Assembly: GCA_051418015.1 (NCBI GenBank)
Contig: JBPRGF010000017.1
Span: forward strand, 288,001-352,000
Length of the DNA: 64,000 bases
Reading direction: 5' to 3'
Source of the DNA: Candidatus Nitrospinota bacterium M3_3B_026
GTDB taxonomy: Bacteria; Nitrospinota_A; UBA7883; JBPRGF01
Numbering within the stretch: the stretch's first letter is position 1; each line of letters begins with the position of its first letter. Made by a program: the position numbers and the translations under genes. A model generated the notes under the pieces. That model ran no database searches. It had not been told where the DNA came from and worked only from the letters and a program-made list of their open reading frames with translations. Below are positions 19,791-28,102 of the stretch, one piece after another.

Positions 19791-20551
19791 TCAGCGTCGT
19801 AGGCGCATCTGAAGCCGTAGTCGTTGAACCGCCCCCGGCCGCTGTCTGGAAGCCGCGCCGCCGACCGGACGCTGGCGGCGGGAGAAAGCCACGACCCGCC
19901 CTTGAGGGTCCTCAGCATCTTGTCCTTGTCATGCCAGCCGTCAACCCATTCCCAGACGTTCCCGGCCATATCGAGGACGCCGAAAGGGCTCGCGCCCCCG
20001 GGACGGGACCCCGCGGGACTGGTCCCGCCGAGCAGCGATGACGCGCTTGTCTCCAGCTCGAAAGAACCGATCTTGAGTCCGGAATCCTCGCCGGAGCTGC
20101 CCATGTATACCACCTTCGACGGGTCGAACTCGTTCCCCCAGGGGTAGACCCTCCCGTCATCGCCACGGGCGGCCCGCTCCCACTCCGCCTCGGTGGGCAA
20201 CCTGCCGCCGGCGTTTTTACAATACTCGGCCGCCTCCTCCCAGGTGACGTTCACCACGGGATGATCCTCCAGGTTCCTCGGGTACTTGTGATCGGGGACG
20301 GCCTTTTCATACTCGGCGTTTGTCACCTCGGCGTCGTCGATCAGGAAAGCGCCGATCTCAACTTTTCTCCGAGGCGTTTCGTCGGCGTACCACTCGACTT
20401 TCGCCCTGTTGTCCACGATCTGCGCGGCGAGGTCCTCCGTGTCCGTGCCCATGAGGACAAACCCCTCGGGGATCAATATCTTCTCCGCGGACGCAGGGAG
20501 GGCGGCAAGCGCCGAAAGCAGGATGATGGACGCCGCGAGCGAGGCTTTCAT
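19787..20551 (-). CDS. FGE-sulfatase (SUMF1/NirV-like) domain protein, secreted, lacking the catalytic Cys pair
   Basis: EVTNAEY, HPVVNVTW, RLPTEAEWE, DMAGNVWEW, GGSW, GFRC; start ATG 20551 overlaps the upstream stop. Confidence 0.88.
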   Translation of the reverse strand: MKASLAASIILLSALAALPASAEKILIPEGFVLMGTDTEDLAAQIVDNRAKVEWYADETPRRKVEIGAFLIDDAEVTNAEYEKAVPDHKYPRNLEDHPVVNVTWEEAAEYCKNAGGRLPTEAEWERAARGDDGRVYPWGNEFDPSKVVYMGSSGEDSGLKIGSFELETSASSLLGGTSPAGSRPGGASPFGVLDMAGNVWEWVDGWHDKDKMLRTLKGGSWLSPAASVRSAARLPDSGRGRFNDYGFRCAYDAE

Positions 20552-20994
20552 GACCTCCCGCCGGTCCTTGCGGTCTGGACCTTCTCCACCACCATCATCG
20601 CGACGGTGTAGACCAGCGCCGTCCAAACCAGGGTTATGAGCGCGAACAACACCATGTCCCTGACGGGATAGCCGCCCCGCGAAAGCTGGTACCACTTGCC
20701 CGAGAGCCTCTGCGTCGGCGTCAGCAGCGCCTCGCCGCCGTAGCGCTTGTAGAAGTAGGAGACTATGTCCTCTTTCTTCAGCCCCACCTTGAGCTTGGCG
20801 CCTATCTGGTCCTTCCATTTGAGCCCGCAGCTCATGTGGCAGTCCTCCAGCACCATGGGGCACTCGCAGGGGCAGGCCAGGTCGTGGGATATCCCCATCA
20901 CGGACTTTTCAGGGGCCTGGTTCAGGAAAATGTACTTGCCGCTCATGAACAGCAGGACGCCGACGAACGACAGAGCGAAGACGATCTTTTTCAT
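20548..20994 (-). CDS. CcmH/NrfF-like cytochrome c maturation protein
   Basis: DLACPCECPMVLEDCHMSC; IVSYFYKRYGGEALLTP resembles CcmH; N- and C-terminal TM helices. Confidence 0.65.
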   Translation of the reverse strand: MKKIVFALSFVGVLLFMSGKYIFLNQAPEKSVMGISHDLACPCECPMVLEDCHMSCGLKWKDQIGAKLKVGLKKEDIVSYFYKRYGGEALLTPTQRLSGKWYQLSRGGYPVRDMVLFALITLVWTALVYTVAMMVVEKVQTARTGGRS

Positions 20995-21845
20995 CAGTCG
21001 CAACAGCCCCTGGACTTCGCCCACCTGCGGCGGACGACCCACACCAGCGCCAGCGCCGCCAGCCCGCCGCCGAGCAGGATCTCCCCCGTCCTCTTTTCGA
21101 ACAGGCCGGGAGTCTTCATGGCGGAGTATTTCATGTCCACCGACGGCCTGGCGTCATCCTTGTAATAGGCCACCCTGAACACCTTTTCGGCGCCAGCCCC
21201 GACGTCCTCGATCATGTAACGGTACACGGTGAAACCGTCCTTTTCATAAACATCGTCCGTAGCCGGGACGACCTTGAAGTCCTTCGACCTGAAGGGCTCC
21301 TGGATGTGCACCTCCAGGTTCTTTATGTCATACGGGGTGTCCACCTTGAATGAAAACTCCCTCGTCGATTTCTCCTTCACCGCGAACGGGGCGTACTGGT
21401 AGTCGATGAAAAAGTCCGAGTAGGGCAGCTTCACGTTCACGAACTTTTTGTCCTCGTCCTCTTGTATCTCGAATATCTGGCAGAAGTGATGCCCCCCCGG
21501 CGACAGGCTGCACACGTCCGTCAGCCTGGTGATCTGCTTGGGCAGGGTGAAGGTCACCTGCCTGGGGAAGGCGGTCTTGTCGGCGAACTTGCCCTCCTGG
21601 ATGACCAGCACCTGCGGCGAGTCGTACTCCGGCATCAGCGTCACCTTCATCCTGCCGATGGGAACGTTCTCATGATCCACGCCATCGCCGGAGACCGCCG
21701 GAACGGGGGACGGCGCGGGCGTGGCGCCGTGGTCGTGCCCCATGGCGGCGTGGCCGCCATCTGCCGCTGCGTCATGGCCCGCCAGGACAGCGGGCGCCGA
21801 CAGGGCCGATATCAGAAACACCGTCGAAAGGATGAGAACTCTCAT
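20994..21845 (-). CDS. Exported, C-terminally anchored hypothetical protein with His-rich linker
   Basis: Signal peptide; GHDAAADGGHAAMGHDHG; MPEYDSPQVLVI; CSLSPGGHHFC; C-terminal TM. Confidence 0.7.
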   Translation of the reverse strand: MRVLILSTVFLISALSAPAVLAGHDAAADGGHAAMGHDHGATPAPSPVPAVSGDGVDHENVPIGRMKVTLMPEYDSPQVLVIQEGKFADKTAFPRQVTFTLPKQITRLTDVCSLSPGGHHFCQIFEIQEDEDKKFVNVKLPYSDFFIDYQYAPFAVKEKSTREFSFKVDTPYDIKNLEVHIQEPFRSKDFKVVPATDDVYEKDGFTVYRYMIEDVGAGAEKVFRVAYYKDDARPSVDMKYSAMKTPGLFEKRTGEILLGGGLAALALVWVVRRRWAKSRGCCD

Positions 21846-21867
21846 AACCTGAAAACTCCTAGGCCTG

Positions 21868-22620
21868 CTAATGGTTATGCCCTGTGTGATCGTGCTCCAT
21901 GCCCCCCGCCGCCGTGTCCGGCACGAACCTTCCCACCAGGAATCTTTTGTATTCCGGCATGCTGTCCGAAAGCATCAGCGCCGCTCCGGCGATCAGAGCC
22001 ACGCCCAGCGCCCTGACGGCGATGGACCTCGCCGCCGGGGACGAAAGCCTGGACATGCCCCAGGCCAGCGCCATCCCGGCCCCGAAAAGGACGGTGGAAA
22101 GCCCCAGCGCGTAGAAAACCAGAAGCATCCCCCCCCTGGACGCCGTGGCCGCGGAACTTGTCATCGTGTATATCTTCGTCAGCGTCGGCGTGACGCAGGG
22201 CTTGTAGGCGAATCCCATCGCCATGCCGAAAAGAACGGCCACGCCGTAGCGCGCGGCGGTCTCGGCTTTGCCGGGCATCCGCCCGAGCGTCAGGAGACCG
22301 AGAAAATAAAAACCGATCAGGCCGACGACAATCCCGCCAAGCTGCGTCCCCAGCCCCGCGATGGAGAAGACCAGCCTGCTCAGGGCCGTGGTCGTCATCC
22401 CCATGGACGAGAAGATGACGACAAAACCGGCCAGGGCGGCAAGCGACAACGGAGCCGCTTTCCGCGCCGTCACGGCGAACCCCTCACCCGGCCGCGCCAT
22501 CGCGGCGGTCCCGGCCATGAAGGCGAGAAAAAACGGGATGATCTGCATCAGACAGAAAACCCAGACGCTAAAGAAGGCGCTCACTCCGCCCGCGTAAGAC
22601 TCAGGTAAGGACATATCCAA
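21868..22620 (-). CDS. ccdA: CcdA-like (DsbD transmembrane domain) electron transporter
   Basis: Six TM helices; two conserved Cys (FCLMQIIP, KPCVTPTL); FYALGL; His-rich tail. Confidence 0.8.
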   Translation of the reverse strand: MDMSLPESYAGGVSAFFSVWVFCLMQIIPFFLAFMAGTAAMARPGEGFAVTARKAAPLSLAALAGFVVIFSSMGMTTTALSRLVFSIAGLGTQLGGIVVGLIGFYFLGLLTLGRMPGKAETAARYGVAVLFGMAMGFAYKPCVTPTLTKIYTMTSSAATASRGGMLLVFYALGLSTVLFGAGMALAWGMSRLSSPAARSIAVRALGVALIAGAALMLSDSMPEYKRFLVGRFVPDTAAGGMEHDHTGHNH

Positions 22621-22627
22621 AAAACTC

Positions 22628-23260
22628 CTAGCCGCCGGAAGCGGCCTTCGCTCCGTCGGTGGGAAGGATCGCCTCCAGCCCCTCCGTCAGTTGCTCGTAC
22701 TGCTCGATCTTGCCGACGAATATGTGGCGGATCACTCCCTCGGAGTCGGTGAATATCGTGGTCGGGGTGACCTTGACGCCTATGTTCCGCGCCATTGCCT
22801 CGCCCCCCTCGTGGCTCATGGGAAAGCCGAGACGGTATCTTTCAGCGAAGCTCTTGAGGTTCGCGGACGAGTCCTGTATCCCCACCCCCACCATGTTCAG
22901 GCCGGAGTAGCGGCTGTCTTCCCGCGATTTTTCAATCCAGTTCACTGAGTAATGGGAGCAGGGGCACCAGTCGGCGTAGAAAAAATAGGCCGTGGGCTTG
23001 CCCAGAAAATCATCCCCGGAAATCTCTTTGCCGTTCACCAGCGTCAGGCTGAAGGAGGGAAGCTTGTCACCCACTTTTAACATTTCGTTATATTGATTCC
23101 GGCTGGCGACGGAATAGTTATATATAGCGTTAAGGGCAAAAGCCAGCGCGGCGAGCAGGATCGCCGTGTTCAGCCGTCCGCTGACGGACACTCTCGGCCC
23201 GCTGTCCTCCCGCGCGTCTCCGGCCGCGTCGAAAACGGCGCTCTCTCTCATCGCGTTCAT
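22628..23260 (-). CDS. Membrane-anchored TlpA/redoxin family protein with atypical WCPCS active site
   Basis: LKVGDKLPSF, FYADWCPCS, TPTTIF. Confidence 0.8.
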   Translation of the reverse strand: MNAMRESAVFDAAGDAREDSGPRVSVSGRLNTAILLAALAFALNAIYNYSVASRNQYNEMLKVGDKLPSFSLTLVNGKEISGDDFLGKPTAYFFYADWCPCSHYSVNWIEKSREDSRYSGLNMVGVGIQDSSANLKSFAERYRLGFPMSHEGGEAMARNIGVKVTPTTIFTDSEGVIRHIFVGKIEQYEQLTEGLEAILPTDGAKAASGG

Positions 23261-23282
23261 ATCGAACGATACTCAGTCAAAG

Positions 23283-23894
23283 TCACTGTTTCGTCTCGGC
23301 GTCTTCCATGGCGCCTCCGTCATGGTCATGCCCGTCGTGGTCGTGGGAGGGCTCCTTGCCCAAGTCCTTTTGCAGGTCTTCAAGACCGGTCATATGGCCG
23401 ATCTTCAACTCGTCGCGCTTCATGAGGGCGTACTCTATCGACCTTTTCTCGACCGGCGTTTTGTAAAGTTCCTTCAGGACGTCGTAGTGGCCTATGAGCT
23501 TGAGGATATCCTGCTCCCTGAAGTCGCCCTCCCAGTTGCCCACCAGGGCGTTCCAGACCTGGGCTATCGCCGCGGCCTGGTGCTGGGTGATGTTTTGAAG
23601 TTTCAGGTTCGGCTTCGTTCTTTTATAGTTGTCTATAAAAGTCTGCATGTGCGGGACCACGGCCACGAAGGGAGGGCCGCACCTCGGGCAGTACAGCTTT
23701 ATGCGCTCCTCCGTGTGGCACTGGGTGCAAATCCGCTTGGCCAGCTTGTACGCCTCGACGGGCGTGTACTCCATGTACCCGTTGGCTTTCGCCTCTTTTA
23801 TGATGTAACCGGAAACAGGGTTGGGGATCTCGACCAGGGCGACGGCGACGCCGGCCACGGCGGCTATCCCGATCAGAAAACCAAGCTTTCTCAT
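23283..23894 (-). CDS. Membrane-anchored c-type cytochrome-like protein with an extra CxxC and His-rich tail
   Basis: Start ATG 23894; CTQCH, then CPRC, VVPHM; SHDHDGHDHD tail. Confidence 0.72.
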   Translation of the reverse strand: MRKLGFLIGIAAVAGVAVALVEIPNPVSGYIIKEAKANGYMEYTPVEAYKLAKRICTQCHTEERIKLYCPRCGPPFVAVVPHMQTFIDNYKRTKPNLKLQNITQHQAAAIAQVWNALVGNWEGDFREQDILKLIGHYDVLKELYKTPVEKRSIEYALMKRDELKIGHMTGLEDLQKDLGKEPSHDHDGHDHDGGAMEDAETKQ

Positions 23895-24061
23895 ATCGGC
23901 GCCCTCGAAAAAAATTTCAAACCACAATCAAACTAATAGTTATATACATATATTATGCCATTTCCACCGCCCCGTATAAACCCTTCTCTGGGGAACGGCC
24001 GGGGGAAACGGCGCCTGCCATATGCATAAAACCGCCCGGGACGCTTTTCAATCAGCCGGAT

Positions 24062-24099
24062 AAAAAAAGCCGGAACGGCCGCAGGGGCCGCTCCGGCTT
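24062..24099 (-). terminator. Rho-independent terminator
   Basis: AAGCCGGAGCGGCC/GGCCGTTCCGGCTT stem with T tract on the minus strand. Confidence 0.8.
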
Positions 24100-24127
24100 G
24101 GGGGGGAGGGATAAAGCCGATAGACCT

Positions 24128-24508
24128 TTAGTTCACCGTCGCGCAGGCCACCAGCACGTGGTTCACACCGCCGCAAAGCTCGCTCTTGGTGATCATCTCG
24201 TCCCAGCCGGCGAGGGCGAGCTCATACTCGCCGAGCTTGTCTCCGGATTTCACGAATATCCCCTCGCCCAGAAGCCTCTCGTAGGACCTGAGGGCGACCT
24301 GATGTATGTCCGCGCGGGGCTCCTCTGAAAGAAGCCTGTCGAACGAGGCCACCACTGGACCAAAGTCATACTCGGGCGAGGGCTCGGTGAACTCCCGGTC
24401 AAAAGAGTTTTTCACCGTGTCGAAGTACCCGGCGTTCGCGACGCCCGCGAAGACGACAACCATCGCCGCGGCCAATATCCCGGTCAGCTTTTTTCTTAAA
24501 GTCTCCAT
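24128..24508 (-). CDS. Small secreted hypothetical protein with three S(F/Y)(D/E)R repeats
   Basis: AGGAGG RBS; signal peptide ANA-G; own terminator. Confidence 0.75.
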   Translation of the reverse strand: METLRKKLTGILAAAMVVVFAGVANAGYFDTVKNSFDREFTEPSPEYDFGPVVASFDRLLSEEPRADIHQVALRSYERLLGEGIFVKSGDKLGEYELALAGWDEMITKSELCGGVNHVLVACATVN

Positions 24509-24592
24509 TTTCAGCCACCTCCTAAAATAAAAAGTGTTATTCAGGATAACCTGTTGTTTTTCCAAGTTTTTTATCCTTTCACCCAATATAGT

Positions 24593-24608
24593 TACAAGAG
24601 GCGTGCCA
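24593..24608 (-). promoter_or_regulatory. Sigma-54 (-24/-12) promoter
   Basis: TGGCACG-CCTC-TTGTA versus consensus TGGCACG-N4-TTGCW; one deviation at -12. Confidence 0.6.
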
Positions 24609-24680
24609 AAACAGTAACTGCTAATATATCAAATAGATACACCCAAAGACCCCTCCCCGCGATGTTCCGGCGCGGGACGC

Positions 24681-24701
24681 TCTGTCCTCGAAACGGACAG
24701 A
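24681..24701. promoter_or_regulatory. Candidate enhancer (UAS) for a sigma-54 activator
   Basis: TCTGTCC-N7-GGACAGA perfect inverted repeat (TGT-N11-ACA), about 75-95 bp upstream of the -24 element. Confidence 0.55.
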
Positions 24702-24941
24702 CAGTCGTCCCCGAAAGGCCGATCGGCCCGTCATCGCGGGAGGCGCGGAGCGGCTCAATATGCGATGTATCAGCGCCTTGGGAAGCTTCACCGCCTGCGC
24801 CCCTCGCGGCGACAGGAAGAGACGAGGCGTTTCAGGGGGGTCATGGACTCATGAAACGCTTGGGGGAACATCATGTTTCAAACAGGAAAAGGCGCTGAAA
24901 CCGCGGCAGAGACGCGGCTTTGGGGGGGGGATGGATATAAC

Positions 24942-26360
24942 CTATTTCAAATCATACTTTTTCATTCTGCGCCACAGCGTCGTGCGGCCTATCCCCAGGG
25001 CCCTGGCAGTGGCGGTGGTGTTATAACGGTTTTCCTCCAGGGCGCGTTGGATCGTCTGTTTCTCCGCCTCTTTTTCGACCGGTTGCTCCCCCTTTTCATC
25101 CGGTGTCCTCTTTTCACCAGCGAGGACGGTGGAAAAACGGCCCGGCGGCAGGCAAGAGGCTGTCAGGAGCCTGTCCTTGCACATCACGTAGGCGCTTTCC
25201 AGCATGTTGTAAAGCTCGCGGACGTTGCCGGGCCAATCGTGGCTCATCATCTTTTTCATGAGCCCCTGTGAGACCCCCTCCACCCTGCGGCCGTATTTTA
25301 TGTTGAACTCCGAGATAAAGCGCGATATCAGCAGCGGGATGTCTTCCTTGCGCTCCCGGAGCGGCGGCATCCTCACCTCCGCCCCCGCCAGCCGGTAATA
25401 GAGGTCCTCGCGGAACCGGCCCACCCGCGTCTCGGCGAGAAGGTCCTTGTTCGTCGCCGCGACGACGCGGACGTCGACCTTTCTAGGCCTGCCCTCGCCC
25501 ACCCTTTCGATCTCCCGCTCCTGCAGGACGCGCAGTATCTTCGCCTGGAACGCCGGCGAGACCTCGCCTATCTCGTCGAGGAGGATAGTGCCCCCGGAGG
25601 CCGCCTCGAACCTGCCGATCCTGTCGGAGGTGGCGCCGGTGAAGGCGCCCCGGACGTGGCCGAAAAGCTCCGACTCTATGAGCGTCTCCGGCAGGACGGC
25701 GCAGTTGACCTTGATGAAGGGGCCTTTTTTCCGCGGGCTCAGGTGGTGTATGGCGGAGGCGACAAGCTCCTTGCCGACGCCGGTCTCACCGATGATGAGG
25801 ACGGTTATGTCCGTCTCGGCGATGTTCTTGACGATCTGGATCGTGTCGCGGATGGCGTCGCTTTTGCCCGTTATGCCGAGGAATGAGTGGGCATGGCCGA
25901 CGTGCTCTTCTATCTCGTGCATCCTGGTGACATCGGTCAGCATGACGAGATAAAGGGGCCTGCCGCCGCCTGAGCCGAGGGGGAAGGCGTTCAGCCGTAT
26001 CCATAGGGAGGCGCCGTCGCGGCGGGTCATCTGGGTCTCGTATCCCTCGCTCGCCTCCTCTTTTTCTATGGCCTTGCAGAGGCCGCAGGAGCTGTCGCAG
26101 ACGGCGGGATGAAAAAGCGAGCGGCAGTCGCGCCCGATTATCTCGTCCCTTGCGTATCCCGTTATCTGTTCCGCGGCCCTGTTGAAAGCGAGGACGGCGC
26201 GGTTTTCGTCGTGGATGAACATGCCGATGCCCACGCTCTCGAAAACCTCCCGGAAAAAACCGGGGTCGAGCCGCGGCGCGGCGGGCGCTTTGCTCTCTGT
26301 CATCGTATCAGGCGCGGACAAGGCGGGCGCGCCTTCCCCATCGGGCCGTTCTCCTGTCAT
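24942..26360 (-). CDS. PAS-domain sigma-54 activator, OrpR-like
   Basis: PAS with CRSLFHPAVCDSSC (C-X8-C-X3-C); GETGVGKE, GAFTGA; HTH. Confidence 0.9.
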   Translation of the reverse strand: MTGERPDGEGAPALSAPDTMTESKAPAAPRLDPGFFREVFESVGIGMFIHDENRAVLAFNRAAEQITGYARDEIIGRDCRSLFHPAVCDSSCGLCKAIEKEEASEGYETQMTRRDGASLWIRLNAFPLGSGGGRPLYLVMLTDVTRMHEIEEHVGHAHSFLGITGKSDAIRDTIQIVKNIAETDITVLIIGETGVGKELVASAIHHLSPRKKGPFIKVNCAVLPETLIESELFGHVRGAFTGATSDRIGRFEAASGGTILLDEIGEVSPAFQAKILRVLQEREIERVGEGRPRKVDVRVVAATNKDLLAETRVGRFREDLYYRLAGAEVRMPPLRERKEDIPLLISRFISEFNIKYGRRVEGVSQGLMKKMMSHDWPGNVRELYNMLESAYVMCKDRLLTASCLPPGRFSTVLAGEKRTPDEKGEQPVEKEAEKQTIQRALEENRYNTTATARALGIGRTTLWRRMKKYDLK

Positions 26361-26433
26361 GAGCGCTTCCCGCCTTGCGAAAAAGCGGGCGCCCGTCTCA
26401 TGCCCGGCGAACCGCCAGGGCTTTCGGCTATCC

Positions 26434-27540
26434 TCAGCCTCCCTCCCCGGCGGCGGAGGAGACGGACTGCAGCGGCCCCGCGCCGGGATCCGGGGCCGCC
26501 TCGGCCTCTTTCGCCACGTTTCGCGCCAGGCTCTCGAAGACCTCCGCCAAATCCGGGTTTTTCTCCCTGTCGAATATGGGAGACCCCGCGTCGGCCTCCT
26601 CGCAGATCGACTTGACCAGAGGTATCTGCCCCAGAAGGGGCGCGCCGAGTTTTTTCGCCTCTGCCTTTCCGCCGCCTTCGCCGAAGATGTGGGCCACGTC
26701 GCCGCATTTTTCGCACTTGTAATAGCTCATGTTTTCCACGATTCCGAGGATGTTCGTCTCCGTCTGGCGGAACATGGCCACGGCCCGGCGCACGTCTATG
26801 AGGGCGATGTCCTGCGGCGTGGTGACCACTATGGCGCCGTCGATGGCAAGCTGCTGCACGAGAGACAGCGGCACGTCGCCAGTGCCCGGCGGCAGGTCCA
26901 CCACCAGATAGTCAAGCTCGCCCCATTTCACCTGGCTCATCAGCTGGTCCAGAAGCTTCATCACCATCGGCCCGCGCAGCACCATCGCCTCCTCGTCGCC
27001 GACGGCCATGCCGATGCTTATGACCTTCAGGCCCTTCACCTCGAAGGGGAGGATATTCTCGCCCTCCACCTCCAGCGGGCCCTTGGCGCCAAGCATCTTG
27101 TGGACCGAGGGGCCGAAGATATCCAGGTCCAGAAGGCCCACCTTGTTCCCCAGCCGGGAGAGGGTGTACGCAAGGTTCACCGCCACCGTGGACTTGCCCA
27201 CGCCCCCCTTGCCGGAGGTGACGGGGATCACCTTTTTGACTCCCGGTATCCTCTTGCGCCGGAAGGGTGACTCGCCCTGCGGCGCCTTCGGCCGGGCGGG
27301 CGCTCCGCCGGGCAGGACGTGGACCTCGGCGCCGGGGGCTATCTCCTTCACGGCGGCGGTGATCTCCCGGATCAGCCTGCCGATCGTCCCCTCGTCGGCG
27401 GATATCTCCTTGAGGGATATTGTCACGGAGTCCGGCGCGGCCTCCACCCCGGCCACGGCGCCCATGCTGACGATGTCGCGGTCGAAACCGGGGTATTTTA
27501 CTTTTCTGAGCTCTTCTAGAACCTGGTCCTTGTCCGGCAT
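26434..27540 (-). CDS. mrp: Mrp/NBP35 (ApbC) Fe-S carrier ATPase
   Basis: SGKGGVGKST, LRGPM, VDLPPGTGD, VTTPQ, ENMS, CEKC. Confidence 0.95.
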   Translation of the reverse strand: MPDKDQVLEELRKVKYPGFDRDIVSMGAVAGVEAAPDSVTISLKEISADEGTIGRLIREITAAVKEIAPGAEVHVLPGGAPARPKAPQGESPFRRKRIPGVKKVIPVTSGKGGVGKSTVAVNLAYTLSRLGNKVGLLDLDIFGPSVHKMLGAKGPLEVEGENILPFEVKGLKVISIGMAVGDEEAMVLRGPMVMKLLDQLMSQVKWGELDYLVVDLPPGTGDVPLSLVQQLAIDGAIVVTTPQDIALIDVRRAVAMFRQTETNILGIVENMSYYKCEKCGDVAHIFGEGGGKAEAKKLGAPLLGQIPLVKSICEEADAGSPIFDREKNPDLAEVFESLARNVAKEAEAAPDPGAGPLQSVSSAAGEGG

Positions 27541-27549
27541 TTCGCCTCC

Positions 27550-27795
27550 TTACATTATCGCCTGAACGGCGGTCACTCCGGGAACCTTCTCCATCAGGGT
27601 CCTCTCTATGCCCATCTTCAGCGTCATCGTGGCGGAGGGACAGCCCGAACACGACCCCTGCAGCCTCACCAGGACGACCCCCTCGTCGTTGACGTCGATA
27701 AGCTCCACGTTTCCGCCGTCGGCCACGAGGGCGGGCCGGATCTCGTCCAGGGCGGCCTCGATTTTCGCCTTGTCCACCTTCACGTTCTCTGTCAT
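27550..27795 (-). CDS. Nfu/NifU C-terminal domain Fe-S carrier
   Basis: IRPALVADGGNVEL...LQGSCSGCPS. Confidence 0.95.
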   Translation of the reverse strand: MTENVKVDKAKIEAALDEIRPALVADGGNVELIDVNDEGVVLVRLQGSCSGCPSATMTLKMGIERTLMEKVPGVTAVQAIM

Positions 27796-27879
27796 TTATC
27801 CTCTCTCCTCTTTCTCAATTTGCTGATTTTACGGCTTTTTCAAGACGCTCCGCCGGTCCCGGGCGCCAGCCTCACCTGC

Positions 27880-27926
27880 ATGTTACAACAAAACCACCCA
27901 AATGTCATACTAAAATAGTCAAGTAT
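27880..27926 (-). promoter_or_regulatory. Sigma-70 promoter of the nfu-mrp operon overlapped by an IscR/Rrf2 type-1-like box
   Basis: ATGACA-N17-TAACAT; ATACTTGACTATTTTAGTATGACAT at 27902-27926 matches ATASYYGACTRWWWYAGTCRRSTAT at 21 of 25 positions. Confidence 0.65.
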
Positions 27927-28102
27927 TATAGATGAAAAGAGCCTCCATGTCGATTCACTGAATCTTTTTATTACTCAAGGAATCTACTGAATACCCCTTT
28001 ATTCGGGGGCGGGGGGCGCGGAACGGGCCGCGCGGTCTTTATGAAGGCGAAGCATGGGGAGAGAGGCAGACCTTTCAACCATTTAAAACCTAAAGGGGAG
28101 TC

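Noticed and set aside
19787..20551. Active formylglycine-generating enzyme
   Set aside because: The catalytic Cys pair after GGSW is absent (GGSWLSPAASVRS), and no sulfatase gene is nearby
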